From: Blautia sp.
GTDB taxonomy: Bacteria; Bacillota; Clostridia; Lachnospirales; Lachnospiraceae
NCBI GenBank assembly: GCA_021443885.1
Contig: JABUSW010000194.1
Span: 1 to 56,939 of the forward strand
Reading direction: 5' to 3'
DNA length: 56,939 nucleotides
The first letter of the stretch is position 1; every line of letters starts with the position of its first letter. The notes below the pieces were generated by a model. That model searched no databases. It saw only the letters and a list, made by a program, of their open reading frames with translations, and was not told where the DNA came from. The position numbers and the translations under genes are program-made. This document shows, piece by piece, positions 31,785 to 41,627 of the stretch.

Positions 31785-32072
31785 TTATTCTTCCTCTGCA
31801 GGTATTTCTGCTGCTTCCTCAGCTTCTTCTTTTTCTTCCTTTGCTTCTTCATCTTCGAAATAATCGTCGAAATCATCGTCAAAATCGTCTTCGAAGTCTT
31901 CCAGATAATCCGGTGTAAAGAAACGATAAACTGCAAATGCGATTCCTACGACAGCTGCAACGGCACCAATGATCGCCAGTGCCAGAATTATCGTATCCTT
32001 CTGTTTGTCTTCTTCTCTCTTGGTTACTGCTGCAATAAGATCTTCAATTTTAATATTCATTTTGATTACCAT
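31785..32072 (-). CDS. Small single-TM protein with an acidic C-terminus (conserved hypothetical)
   Basis: RBS AGGAG; hydrophobic IILALAIIGAVAAVVGIAFAVY followed by the PDYLEDFEDDFDDDFDD tail. Confidence 0.75.
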   Translation of the reverse strand: MVIKMNIKIEDLIAAVTKREEDKQKDTIILALAIIGAVAAVVGIAFAVYRFFTPDYLEDFEDDFDDDFDDYFEDEEAKEEKEEAEEAAEIPAEEE

Positions 32073-32170
32073 CCTCTCCTGGATCTGTCAGATATCGTTG
32101 TTTCTGACCCTCCTAAACTGGCATTATTATACCACGAATGCAAACAGAATTCCACATCCTTTTCCAGAAT

Positions 32171-34453
32171 TTACAATTTCTTTAGTTTTGCAAAGCCGGC
32201 AAACATTTTCTTTACTCCGGTTTTATCAAAGTCCACAGTCACCTCATAATCACGACCGCCTTCTACAATATTCTTCACGATTCCCACACCGAATTTAATA
32301 TGTCTTACCGTATCGCCCACTCCATAATCCAGGGAATCTGCCTTGGTCACCTGGAAATCTCTGGGTTTGAACACCCCCGGGGGACCACTTGGGGAATACG
32401 CGTTGTTTCTCTGTGCTGCGCCTGCGCTTCCGGTCTGAAATGCCATTTTCATCTGACTGAGTGCATCTCCGGAACCAAATGCATTCATCTGAGGCCGCTT
32501 CTTTTGTATCTGGTGTCCCAGGTCCACATATTCCCTTGGAATCTCCCGGACGAATCTGGAAACTCTGTTGTATTGTACCTCGCCACGGGTCATTCGCTGC
32601 TGTGCTGCGGTCAGAGTCAGTTCCTGCCTGGCTCTGGTAATTCCTACATAACAAAGTCTGCGCTCCTCTTCCATTTCCGTGGGATCCTCGGAAGATATGG
32701 TTAAATACCCGGGGAAAATCCCATCTTCCATTCCGACCAGATATACCGTCGGGAATTCCAGCCCCTTGGCACTGTGGATCGTCATCAAAAGGACATAATC
32801 CTGATCCGGATCTACGGTATCGATGTCCGCAACCAAAGCGATCTCTTCCAGAAATCCTTCCAATGTAGCCGGTTTTCCTTCTGCTTCCATTGCCTCCTGA
32901 TAAGAAACGGTCTTCGAGATCAATTCATCGATATTTTCAATACGCGCCCTGGCCTCCTCCGTATTCTCCTGCCGGAGCTCCTCCACATACCCGGTCATTT
33001 CAATGACCTCCTCCAACAGCTCTTTCACTGTCATGTACGCGGCCTTACTCTTTAACATCTGAATAAACGTAACGAATCCATCCAGCTTTGACAGACCTCT
33101 TCCCAGGCCCGGAATCTCTTCCGCCACGCGCAGGGCATCGTAAAAGCTGATATCCATATATTCCGCATAATCCTGTACCTTTCCGATGGTCGTTGCTCCG
33201 ATTCCTCTTTTTGGTACATTGATGATTCTGCGGACAGCAATATCATCTCTGGCATTTTCTATGGTTTTCAGGTAACAAAGCAGATCCTTTACTTCTTTTC
33301 TCGCATAAAAGTTGATGCCTCCAACGATTTTATACGGAATATTCGCCAGCAGAAATTTTTCCTCAAATAACCGGGACTGGGCGTTGGTCCGATAAAGGAT
33401 CGCGCTGTCACCATACGAACGGCGTCCTTCTCTTTTTGCTTTGCTGATCTCTCCGGCCACATACTCCGCTTCCTCAAATCCATTCAGAAACTGGCGGAAA
33501 TTCACCTTTGCGCCCTCATCGTTCTCCGTCCACAACGTCTTCGCTTTACGCTCTACATTATTGGCGATCACGTGATTTGCTGCATTCAGAATGTTCCGGG
33601 TGGAACGGTAATTCTGTTCCAGACGAATAACTTTTGCCCCCGGAAAAACCCGTTCAAACCCAAGAATATTCCCGATATTGGCTCCCCGGAACCGGTAAAT
33701 GGACTGATCATCATCCCCCACAACACACAGGTTTTCGTAACGGGAAGCCAGAAGGCTGACCAGCTTAAACTGTGCCGAATTGGTATCCTGATATTCGTCT
33801 ACCATGATATACCGGAAGCGTTCCTGATAGGATTCTAATACATCTTCACAGCTTTGCAGCAGCTCCACCGTTTTCATGATCAGATCATCAAAATCCAATG
33901 CATTATTTTTCCGCAGAGAGGTCTGATATTCCCGGTAAACCTCTGCAATCTTTTTCAGGCGAAAATCTCCGATTGCCTTTCGTTCCATCTCATCGGGCGT
34001 AATCAGCTCGTCCTTTGCATGTGAGATCTGAGACAGAAGATAGCGTTCCTTATACTGTTTCGTATCGATATCCAGTCTTTTGCAAATATCCTTGATCAGG
34101 GTTTTCTGATCATCGGTATCATAGATCGTAAAACTGGTATCGTATCCAATACGATCAATATGACGGCGGAGAATTCTGACACAGGCGGAATGAAAGGTAG
34201 AAACCCATACGCTTTCCGCCCCGAATCCCACAAGCCTGTCTACCCGGTCCCGCATCTCCTGTGCCGCTTTGTTGGTGAAGGTAATGGCCAGGATATTCCA
34301 CGGATTCACCTGTTTTTCATCCATCAGATAAGCGATTCTGTGGGTCAGGACACGGGTTTTACCGGATCCTGCCCCGGCCAGGATCAATAACGGTCCTTCC
34401 GTATGAAATACCGCTTCTCTTTGCGGCGGATTTAATGTATCGTATATACTCAT
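32171..34453 (-). CDS. pcrA: ATP-dependent DNA helicase PcrA/UvrD
   Basis: AGAGSGKT, TFTNKAA, VDEYQD, GDDDQSIY, EEERRLCYVGITRA and C-terminal Tudor-like motifs; ATG 34453 has a GGAGG RBS. Confidence 0.96.
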   Translation of the reverse strand: MSIYDTLNPPQREAVFHTEGPLLILAGAGSGKTRVLTHRIAYLMDEKQVNPWNILAITFTNKAAQEMRDRVDRLVGFGAESVWVSTFHSACVRILRRHIDRIGYDTSFTIYDTDDQKTLIKDICKRLDIDTKQYKERYLLSQISHAKDELITPDEMERKAIGDFRLKKIAEVYREYQTSLRKNNALDFDDLIMKTVELLQSCEDVLESYQERFRYIMVDEYQDTNSAQFKLVSLLASRYENLCVVGDDDQSIYRFRGANIGNILGFERVFPGAKVIRLEQNYRSTRNILNAANHVIANNVERKAKTLWTENDEGAKVNFRQFLNGFEEAEYVAGEISKAKREGRRSYGDSAILYRTNAQSRLFEEKFLLANIPYKIVGGINFYARKEVKDLLCYLKTIENARDDIAVRRIINVPKRGIGATTIGKVQDYAEYMDISFYDALRVAEEIPGLGRGLSKLDGFVTFIQMLKSKAAYMTVKELLEEVIEMTGYVEELRQENTEEARARIENIDELISKTVSYQEAMEAEGKPATLEGFLEEIALVADIDTVDPDQDYVLLMTIHSAKGLEFPTVYLVGMEDGIFPGYLTISSEDPTEMEEERRLCYVGITRARQELTLTAAQQRMTRGEVQYNRVSRFVREIPREYVDLGHQIQKKRPQMNAFGSGDALSQMKMAFQTGSAGAAQRNNAYSPSGPPGVFKPRDFQVTKADSLDYGVGDTVRHIKFGVGIVKNIVEGGRDYEVTVDFDKTGVKKMFAGFAKLKKL

Positions 34454-34633
34454 TTCGAATAAACCTCCAAAATCTATTCCAGGCACATCATGACAGCAAT
34501 CCCTTTCCGCAAAAGAATCGATGGCATAATCTGTGCTTGCTCAATCCATACACGTTTAAGGAATTAAAAGTGCTTACGGATTGTTTCGCTGCTATGCAGC
34601 TCTCACAATTCTGTAATCATACATGTAACTAAT

Positions 34634-34662
34634 AGTCTAACACAGGAACATATATTCGACAA
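34634..34662 (-). promoter_or_regulatory. Putative pcrA promoter with an overlapping LexA (SOS) box
   Basis: TTGTCG - 17 - TG.TAGACT; GAACATATATTC at 34646-34657 is one mismatch from GAAC-N4-GTTC. Confidence 0.55.
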
Positions 34663-34680
34663 GCAAAACTAAGGAAAGCA

Positions 34681-34709
34681 TTTACAAGTAGTTTTAATAA
34701 CTATATAAT
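34681..34709 (+). promoter_or_regulatory. Promoter of the DUF1836 gene with a palindrome in its spacer
   Basis: TTTACA - 17 - TATAAT; TAGTT-TTAAT-AACTA at 34689-34703. Confidence 0.55.
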
Positions 34710-34731
34710 GAATAGAACAGGGGGGACTAAA

Positions 34732-35367
34732 ATGAACGATAATTCCAAAGAATATGTAAAAAGTATACTGGACAGTCTGTCAAAGCTGGACCATATAAAG
34801 CCGGAAGATTTTCCCAACATCGACCTTTACATGGATCAGGTTACAACATTTATGGACACACAGCTGGCATCCTCCAAACGATATCCGGAGGATAAGATCC
34901 TGACGAAAACCATGATCAACAATTATGCCAAAAACAAGCTTCTCCCACCGCCGGATAAAAAAAGATATTCGAAAGAGCATCTCCTGATGCTGATCTTCAT
35001 CTATTATTTCAAGAATATCTTATCCATCAGTGATATCCAGACACTGATGACACCTATTACGGAAAAATACTTTCAGTCAGAGTCTGATCACGATCTGACC
35101 TACATATATGAGGAGGTCTTCCATATGGAGAAAAGCAGCATCTTTGCCCTCCAGAAAGACGTGCTGAAATCTTACCAGACCAGCGAAGACACTTTTCCGG
35201 ACGCCGACCCGGAAGAACGGGAATTCCTTCACAGGTTCTCTTTTATCTGCCGTCTTGCCTTCGATGTGTATGCCAGGAAAATGATCATCGAGTCACTCAT
35301 TGATGATCTTGCGAAGGATCAGACGAAAAAGGATCCGCCGGCCGATAAAAAAAACAAAAAAAAATAA
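34732..35367 (+). CDS. DUF1836-family protein (putative DNA-binding regulator)
   Basis: PNIDLYMDQV, ILTKTMINNYAKNKLLPPP.KKRYS and LSISDI motifs. Confidence 0.85.
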   Translation: MNDNSKEYVKSILDSLSKLDHIKPEDFPNIDLYMDQVTTFMDTQLASSKRYPEDKILTKTMINNYAKNKLLPPPDKKRYSKEHLLMLIFIYYFKNILSISDIQTLMTPITEKYFQSESDHDLTYIYEEVFHMEKSSIFALQKDVLKSYQTSEDTFPDADPEEREFLHRFSFICRLAFDVYARKMIIESLIDDLAKDQTKKDPPADKKNKKK

Positions 35368-35395
35368 AAGGGGTATTGCTTATGCAATATCCCTT
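35368..35395. terminator. Bidirectional terminator between DUF1836 and yerC
   Basis: AAGGGGTATTGC-TTAT-GCAATATCCCTT. Confidence 0.7.
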
Positions 35396-35693
35396 ATTCT
35401 TCGCCCTCTATGTTCATACGTGCAAACACCATCTCGTATCCATCGTTCCCGTAATTCAATGAGCGGTTCACGCGGCTGATGGTTGCCGTGGATGCACCTG
35501 TCTTCTCGGATATATCCAGATATGTCTTCTTCTCCGTCAGCATCTTAGCCACTTCAAACCTTTGTGAAATAGAAAGAAGTTCATTGACCGTACATACATC
35601 TTCAAAAAAAGTATAGCACTCCTCTTTATTCTGCAGACTCAAGATCGCTTCAAATAAATGATCTACTGCCTCTGTTCTGATCTTTTTCGTCAT
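35394..35693 (-). CDS. yerC: TrpR-like YerC/YecD protein
   Basis: LFEAILSL...ECY.FFEDVCT.NEL..QRF.VA and GASTATISRVNRSLNYG motifs; near pcrA as in Bacillus. Confidence 0.92.
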   Translation of the reverse strand: MTKKIRTEAVDHLFEAILSLQNKEECYTFFEDVCTVNELLSISQRFEVAKMLTEKKTYLDISEKTGASTATISRVNRSLNYGNDGYEMVFARMNIEGEE

Positions 35694-35844
35694 ACCCCTC
35701 TCCTTTAACCCCCCTGCTGGTTGAACTGATAGATATGATTATATTAACACTTTAACATCCTGTTATCAAGGGAATTTTGTCGTAATCATTTGCTTTTTTG
35801 CCGGAGATTCGTTATACTGACTACAAACATTCAGGAGGTATTCT

Positions 35845-36609
35845 ATGGGTAATCTGTTCAATATGGATAATAAATTCTTTTCGACAATGGGACGGGTGGG
35901 CGACCTGATGCTGTTGAATCTGATCTGCCTTGTCTGCTGTCTGCCCATCATAACAATAGGAGCTTCTCTGACCTCTCTGTATTACGTAACCATGAAAATG
36001 GTGCGGGACGAAGAGTCTTACCTTATTAAAAGCTTCTTTAAATCCTTCAAAGACAACTTCAAACAGTCTGCGATCATCAACCTGATCATTCTCGTGGCCG
36101 GTGGTATCCTGTTTCTTGATTTCCAGATCATCAGCCAGCTTCCGGGGTTCGCCGGAAAAGCTCTTTTTGTTTTCTTTTCCATGATCGCAATCTTCCTGTT
36201 CATGGAATATCTTTATGTATACCCGGTTCTTGCAAAATTCTATAATACGGTTGCCGGAACCATGAAGGTTGCATTACTGATGTCCATCCGGCACCTTCCC
36301 CAGACCGGATTAATGCTGGTGATCAGTGCTGTTCCGCTGGCTTTTTTCTTCATTCCCGATGCAAAGATCCAGTCGCTGTTTCTGATGGTTCTGTTCTTGT
36401 TCGGAGGAGCTTCGATTGCATATATCAACTCCATTTTCTTTGTGAAAATATTCGACAAGTATATACCGGAAAATACATCTGCAGATATCCCGGAGCACAT
36501 TCCGGGTGCATCACTTCCCGATTCGGGAATTACACCGACTGCGGCTGTGAAGGATGACGCCGCCGATGACGCTCTGAACGGTTCACAAGAGGAAGGTTCG
36601 AATGCGTAA
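35845..36609 (+). CDS. YesL/DUF624-family membrane protein
   Basis: DLMLLNL...CCLPIITIGAS, FFKSFKDNFKQ and multiple TM segments. Confidence 0.82.
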   Translation: MGNLFNMDNKFFSTMGRVGDLMLLNLICLVCCLPIITIGASLTSLYYVTMKMVRDEESYLIKSFFKSFKDNFKQSAIINLIILVAGGILFLDFQIISQLPGFAGKALFVFFSMIAIFLFMEYLYVYPVLAKFYNTVAGTMKVALLMSIRHLPQTGLMLVISAVPLAFFFIPDAKIQSLFLMVLFLFGGASIAYINSIFFVKIFDKYIPENTSADIPEHIPGASLPDSGITPTAAVKDDAADDALNGSQEEGSNA

Positions 36610-37528
36610 ATGGAACGAAAAGCCATATCACTCTCTTGACTTTATGCTAAAGGAACGATTTGGTGAAAAGGTTTATAAGGTGACATTAAATGGCGGAATG
36701 TCCTGCCCAAACCGGGATGGAACCCTTGGACACAATGGATGTATATTCTGCAGTGCCGGAGGAAGCGGCGATTTCGCGGCAGATCCGGCGCTTTCCATTT
36801 CCCGGCAGATTGATAGCCAGATCGAAATACTGCAGACAAAACGACCGATTCAGAAGTTTATTGCTTATTTCCAGGCATATACCAACACCTATGCCCCTAC
36901 TGATTATCTCGCACAAATATTCACGGAAGCTATCCGTCATCCCAAGATCGCAGGTCTTTCCATTGGTACGAGACCGGACTGTCTTCCAGAAGAAACCTTA
37001 AACCTGCTGGAACGTCTGAACCGGATGAAACCTGTCTGGATCGAACTGGGTTTGCAGACCATGCACGAAGATACTGCTTCTTATATCCGTCGCGGTTATT
37101 CGCTGTCCTGTTTCGAGAATTCTCTCCAGCAGCTGAGAAGCCGTGGCATCGAGGTCATTGTTCATACCATTCTGGGACTTCCGGGAGAAACCAAAGAACA
37201 GATCCTGCAAACGATAGATTACCTGAATCGCTGCGATATACAGGGGATCAAGCTTCAGCTTCTTCATGTCCTGGAAGGAACAGACCTGGCAGAGGATTAT
37301 AGAGCCGGAAAATTTGCTGTTTTATCCAGAGAAGAGTATCTTGAACTTCTCGAGGAATGTCTGGAACACCTGTCTCCGGATATCACCATACATCGTCTCA
37401 CCGGAGATGGCCCCAGGGATCTGCTGCTGGCACCATTATGGGCATCCAGAAAAAGGGAGGTCCTGAACATGCTGCATCACCAGATGAAAAAGCATGACAG
37501 CTATCAGGGAAAACAATACAGGAGGTAA
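36602..37528 (+). CDS. TIGR01212 (YhcC-like) radical SAM protein
   Basis: SCPNRDG....GCIFC, YFQAYTNTYA, IGTRPDC, ELGLQT and HRLTGD motifs. Confidence 0.9.
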   Translation: MRKWNEKPYHSLDFMLKERFGEKVYKVTLNGGMSCPNRDGTLGHNGCIFCSAGGSGDFAADPALSISRQIDSQIEILQTKRPIQKFIAYFQAYTNTYAPTDYLAQIFTEAIRHPKIAGLSIGTRPDCLPEETLNLLERLNRMKPVWIELGLQTMHEDTASYIRRGYSLSCFENSLQQLRSRGIEVIVHTILGLPGETKEQILQTIDYLNRCDIQGIKLQLLHVLEGTDLAEDYRAGKFAVLSREEYLELLEECLEHLSPDITIHRLTGDGPRDLLLAPLWASRKREVLNMLHHQMKKHDSYQGKQYRR

Positions 37529-37531
37529 TTC

Positions 37532-38044
37532 ATGGCTGCTCCATTTACTACATATAAACTCATCGTGCTTTACATACTTTCCCGCACGACCCGTGCGCTA
37601 TCCAATTCACAGCTTTCCGAGTTCATCCTGGAACATGAATACACAAATTATTTCAACTTTCAGCAGGCTGTGTCAGAGCTGGTGGAGGCAAATCTGATCC
37701 AAAAGCAAACCATGATCAACACATCTTACTACCAGCTGACGGATGCCGGCCGGAACACCCTTTCTTTTTTTGAAAAAGAGCTCTCACCGGAAATTCGCCG
37801 TGAAGCTCTGGAGTATCTGAAGCTTAACAGCGTCGCTTTAGAGGAGTCTGTTCTCACTCCCGCAGATTACTTCCAAAATCCACAAGGGTACCATATGGTC
37901 CGGTGTCAGATCATGGAGGGTAACTCTTCCTTGCTGGACATCACACTTGCTGCTCCCGGGGAAGAAGCAGCGAAAGCCATCTGCCTGAACTGGCCGGAGA
38001 AGGCACAGACCATTTACGAAAAAATAATGGAGGAGTTATTATAA
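37532..38044 (+). CDS. DUF4364-family winged-helix protein
   Basis: YKLIVLYIL, LSNSQLSEFILE.EYTNYF and Y.LT..G..TL motifs. Confidence 0.78.
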   Translation: MAAPFTTYKLIVLYILSRTTRALSNSQLSEFILEHEYTNYFNFQQAVSELVEANLIQKQTMINTSYYQLTDAGRNTLSFFEKELSPEIRREALEYLKLNSVALEESVLTPADYFQNPQGYHMVRCQIMEGNSSLLDITLAAPGEEAAKAICLNWPEKAQTIYEKIMEELL

Positions 38045-38050
38045 CTCCTT

Positions 38051-39382
38051 TTAATCTCTTATTTCATTCTTATCCCGAATCCTCTGCATATGCTCTTTCA
38101 TCTGCTTCTCATACCCAAGCTCCCCCGGCTCATAAAACCTCGCACCAGCAATTTCTGCAGGGAGATACTGTTGCTCCACATAGTGGTTCGGATAATCATG
38201 TGCATATTTGTATCCGATTCCGTGCCCCAGTTTTGAATGCCCTCCGTAATGTGCGTCCTGCAGATGATTCGGTATAGTGGTTCTGGTCTGTTTAACGCTT
38301 TCCATTGCTGCCGAGATCGCATTCACTGCCGCATTGCTTTTTGGGGCACACGCCATGTAGGTAACCGCCTGCGCCAGAATGATCTGGGACTCCGGCATCC
38401 CTACCCTTTCCACCGCCTGCGCCGCCGCCACCGCCACCTGCAGCGCCTGCGGATCTGCATTTCCAATATCTTCGGAAGCCAGGATCATAATCCTTCTTGC
38501 GATGAATTTAATGTCCTCTCCCGCATACAGCATTTTGGCAAGATAGTACACTGCCGCATCCGGGTCAGAGCCACGCATACTTTTGATAAATGCGGAAATG
38601 ATATCGTAATGATTATCTCCTTTTTTGTCATAGCGTATCACCCGTTTCTGGATACATTCGGACATTACGTCCAAAGTAAGATGCAAAACACCATCCTGTG
38701 AACGAGGGGTCGTCAGAACCGCCAGTTCAATGGCATTTAATGCGCTTCTTGCATCTCCGCCTGCCAGATCTGCCAGAAACTCCAACGCATCCTCTTCGAT
38801 CACAGCGTGATAGCTTCCCATTCCTTTTCGGGTATCTTTGAGGGCTCTTAGTATCAATTCCCGAATCTCATGGTTCTCCAGAGGATATAATTCGAATATG
38901 ATCGAACGGGACAGCAGAGCACCGTTCACTTCAAAATATGGATTTTCTGTTGTGGCCCCGATGAGAATGATGGTTCCGTCCTCTACGAACGGCAGAAGAT
39001 AATCCTGCTGCCCCTTGTTAAATCGGTGAATCTCATCGATAAACAAAATGGTTTTCTTCCCATACATACCGAGACTTTGCTGTGCCTGCTTTGCAACCTC
39101 TTCCATGTCCTTTTTTCCGGCCACTGTTGCATTTATCTGGGTAAAATCGGCACTGGTGGTATTGGCGATCACCTTTGCCAGGGTCGTCTTCCCTGTCCCC
39201 GGAGGTCCATAGAAAATAACGGAAGTCAGTTTATCCGCCTTGATTGCGCGATACAGTAATTTATCCTTTCCTACGATATGCTTCTGTCCTACCACCTCTT
39301 CCAGGGTTGAAGGCCGCAATCGGGAAGCCAAAGGAGATTCTTTATCTAACGTCTGTGTCTTTGCATACTCAAATAAATCCAT
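38051..39382 (-). CDS. rarA: Replication-associated recombination protein A (MgsA/RarA AAA+ ATPase)
   Basis: PLASRLRP, GPPGTGKT, DEIHRFNK.QQD, SAFIKSMRGSD and SEDIGNADP motifs. Confidence 0.95.
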   Translation of the reverse strand: MDLFEYAKTQTLDKESPLASRLRPSTLEEVVGQKHIVGKDKLLYRAIKADKLTSVIFYGPPGTGKTTLAKVIANTTSADFTQINATVAGKKDMEEVAKQAQQSLGMYGKKTILFIDEIHRFNKGQQDYLLPFVEDGTIILIGATTENPYFEVNGALLSRSIIFELYPLENHEIRELILRALKDTRKGMGSYHAVIEEDALEFLADLAGGDARSALNAIELAVLTTPRSQDGVLHLTLDVMSECIQKRVIRYDKKGDNHYDIISAFIKSMRGSDPDAAVYYLAKMLYAGEDIKFIARRIMILASEDIGNADPQALQVAVAAAQAVERVGMPESQIILAQAVTYMACAPKSNAAVNAISAAMESVKQTRTTIPNHLQDAHYGGHSKLGHGIGYKYAHDYPNHYVEQQYLPAEIAGARFYEPGELGYEKQMKEHMQRIRDKNEIRD

Positions 39383-39417
39383 CGTAATGCTCCTGTATCC
39401 ATATCCATATATTTATC

Positions 39418-39450
39418 AAAACACCCCGGTTGTTTCCAACCGAGGTGTAT
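39418..39450 (-). terminator. Terminator after the cytidylate-kinase-like gene
   Basis: Minus strand ACACCTCGGTTG-GAAA-CAACCGGGGTGT followed by TTT. Confidence 0.7.
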
Positions 39451-39461
39451 CCCGTAACAGC

Positions 39462-40091
39462 TTACTTGTTTTTCATAATTTCCATCTGCGCGATGATCAT
39501 ATCGACACACTTCTCATAACCGAGTTTTCCACTGTTCAGGCACAGGTCGTAATTAGTTGCGTCCATCCAGTCCCCGCCTGCAAAACGACGGTAATACTCC
39601 ATCTTACGCTTGTCATCCTTTATCAGGAATTTCTCGATATCATCCCGGGATCCTGCAACCTTTCCCTCGGATCTCTTTACCCGGAAATCCCACGGTGCAT
39701 GAACAAACACGCGAAGCGTATCGGGTCTGTCCTTAAAGATGTAGTTGACGCATCTTCCGACAATAATTGCAGGAGTCTTATCTGCAATGTCTTTTACCAC
39801 CTTCGCCTGGTAATTAAAGATATTCTCGTCGGAAATGAAGTCTTTTCTGTCCGGTGGAATAAGTTCTCCCTTGTAGAGCCCGGTTTTGCTGCCTCCAAAC
39901 AAAGAGCTTTTCACACGTTCTCCGCCTTCCACTTTGCCAAATAGATCAACCGCAATTCCGCTTTCATCAGATGCCATTCGGATAATCTCTTTGTCGTAAA
40001 ATGGTACTCCCAGCTTCTCCGCCAGCATCTCGCCGATGGTATGGCCCCCACTGCCATACTGTCTTGCAATTGTAATTACAAAATTACCCAT
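39462..40091 (-). CDS. Cytidylate kinase-like family protein (P-loop)
   Basis: ITIARQYGSGG, IVGRC, D..R..YY and NYDLCLNSG motifs; ATG 40091 with a GGAGG RBS. Confidence 0.85.
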   Translation of the reverse strand: MGNFVITIARQYGSGGHTIGEMLAEKLGVPFYDKEIIRMASDESGIAVDLFGKVEGGERVKSSLFGGSKTGLYKGELIPPDRKDFISDENIFNYQAKVVKDIADKTPAIIVGRCVNYIFKDRPDTLRVFVHAPWDFRVKRSEGKVAGSRDDIEKFLIKDDKRKMEYYRRFAGGDWMDATNYDLCLNSGKLGYEKCVDMIIAQMEIMKNK

Positions 40092-40143
40092 ATATAACAC
40101 CTCCTACATTATACTCTAATCCTTCTACACCTCTATTATACCA

Positions 40144-40854
40144 CTATTCTCCCAAATATGCTTTCTGAACTGCTTCATTATGCAATAAATCGGAAGCTTT
40201 TCCTTCCAGCGTTACAGAACCGGTCTCAAGGACATATGCCCGGTCTGCTATGGACAATGCCTTCTTCGCATTCTGTTCCACCAGCAGCACAGTTGTACCT
40301 TCTGCACTGACTTCTTTGATGATCTCGAAAATCTCATTCACGAAGATCGGCGAAAGCCCCATCGACGGTTCATCCATCAGAATAATACCGGGACGGCTCA
40401 TCAAAGCACGTCCCATTGCCAGCATCTGCTGTTCTCCTCCGGACAGCGTACCGGCTGTCTGATTCTTTCGTTCTTCCAACCGCGGGAAATGTTTGTACAC
40501 CTGTTCAATTGTTTTATCAATTTCACTTTTATCACTTCTTGTATAAGCACCCATTTTCAGATTCTGCAATACCGTCATATTGGCAAATACACGTCTTCCT
40601 TCCGGAACATGTGCCATCCCCATACCGACGATCTTATGGGCCGGAATCCTGGAAATATCGGTACCATCGAATATCACCTGGCCTGTTTTTGCCCGCAGCA
40701 GACCTGTAATGGTATGAAGCGTTGTCGTCTTACCGGCACCATTGGCGCCGATCAGAGCAACGACCTCCCCTTTTTTTACTTCGAAGGAAACGCCCTTTAA
40801 GGCCTGAATCATTCCATAATAAACCTGAATATCTTTTACTTCCAGTAATGCCAT
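40144..40854 (-). CDS. livF: Branched-chain amino acid ABC transporter ATPase
   Basis: GANGAGKT, VPEGRRVF, LSGGEQQML, DEPS and LVEQN motifs. Confidence 0.93.
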   Translation of the reverse strand: MALLEVKDIQVYYGMIQALKGVSFEVKKGEVVALIGANGAGKTTTLHTITGLLRAKTGQVIFDGTDISRIPAHKIVGMGMAHVPEGRRVFANMTVLQNLKMGAYTRSDKSEIDKTIEQVYKHFPRLEERKNQTAGTLSGGEQQMLAMGRALMSRPGIILMDEPSMGLSPIFVNEIFEIIKEVSAEGTTVLLVEQNAKKALSIADRAYVLETGSVTLEGKASDLLHNEAVQKAYLGE

Positions 40855-40865
40855 TCTCTTTCCTC

Positions 40866-41624
40866 CTATTCACCCAGATATGCCTTGATAACTTCCGGAT
40901 TATGAAGTACTTCCGACGTTTCTCCCTCCGCAAGAACATGGCCGAAGTTCAACACTGTCAGCTCTTCGCAGATTCCGGATACCAGTTTCATATCGTGTTC
41001 GATCAGAAGAATTGTCATATCAAAATGATCTCTGACAAAACGGATCGTCTCCATCAGTTCCATTGTTTCATTGGGATTCATGCCTGCTGCCGGCTCGTCC
41101 AGAAGCAGAAGCTTCGGTCTGGTAGCCAGGGCCCGGGCGATCTCCAGCTTGCGCTGTTTTCCGTAGGGAAGATTGGAAGCCAGGGTTGCTGCCTCCTGGT
41201 CCAGATCAAACACTTTCAGCAATTCGATTGCCTCTTCGTCCATCTGCTTCTCGATCTTATGATACTTCGGAAGGCGCAGAATACCGGCCAAAAGGCTATA
41301 TTTATAATGCTCGTGAAGGCCGGCCTTTACATTATCCAACACTGTCAGTTTGCCGAAAAGGCGGATATTCTGGAAAGTACGGGCAACACCGGCCTTATTG
41401 ATATCAATCGTTTTCAGACCTGTGATATCCTTTCCATCCAGAGTAATCTTACCTTCATCCGGTTTATACACACCCGTCAGAAGGTTGAAAATCGTAGTCT
41501 TACCAGCGCCATTCGGGCCGATCAGGCCGTAAAGCTGTCCTTTTTCAATGGAGACATGGAAATCATCCACCGCATGCAGACCGCCAAAAGAAATATTCAA
41601 ATTGGTTACGTCAAGCATTGCCAT
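40866..41624 (-). CDS. livG: Branched-chain amino acid ABC transporter ATPase
   Basis: GPNGAGKT, RTFQNIRLF, LPYGKQRKLEIARA, DEPAAG and IEHDM motifs. Confidence 0.93.
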   Translation of the reverse strand: MAMLDVTNLNISFGGLHAVDDFHVSIEKGQLYGLIGPNGAGKTTIFNLLTGVYKPDEGKITLDGKDITGLKTIDINKAGVARTFQNIRLFGKLTVLDNVKAGLHEHYKYSLLAGILRLPKYHKIEKQMDEEAIELLKVFDLDQEAATLASNLPYGKQRKLEIARALATRPKLLLLDEPAAGMNPNETMELMETIRFVRDHFDMTILLIEHDMKLVSGICEELTVLNFGHVLAEGETSEVLHNPEVIKAYLGE

Positions 41625-41627
41625 CTT

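Noticed and set aside
35745-35770. CACTTTAAC as a YerC/HisR operator in the yerC promoter
   Set aside because: Only a half-site is present; the palindromic partner is absent.
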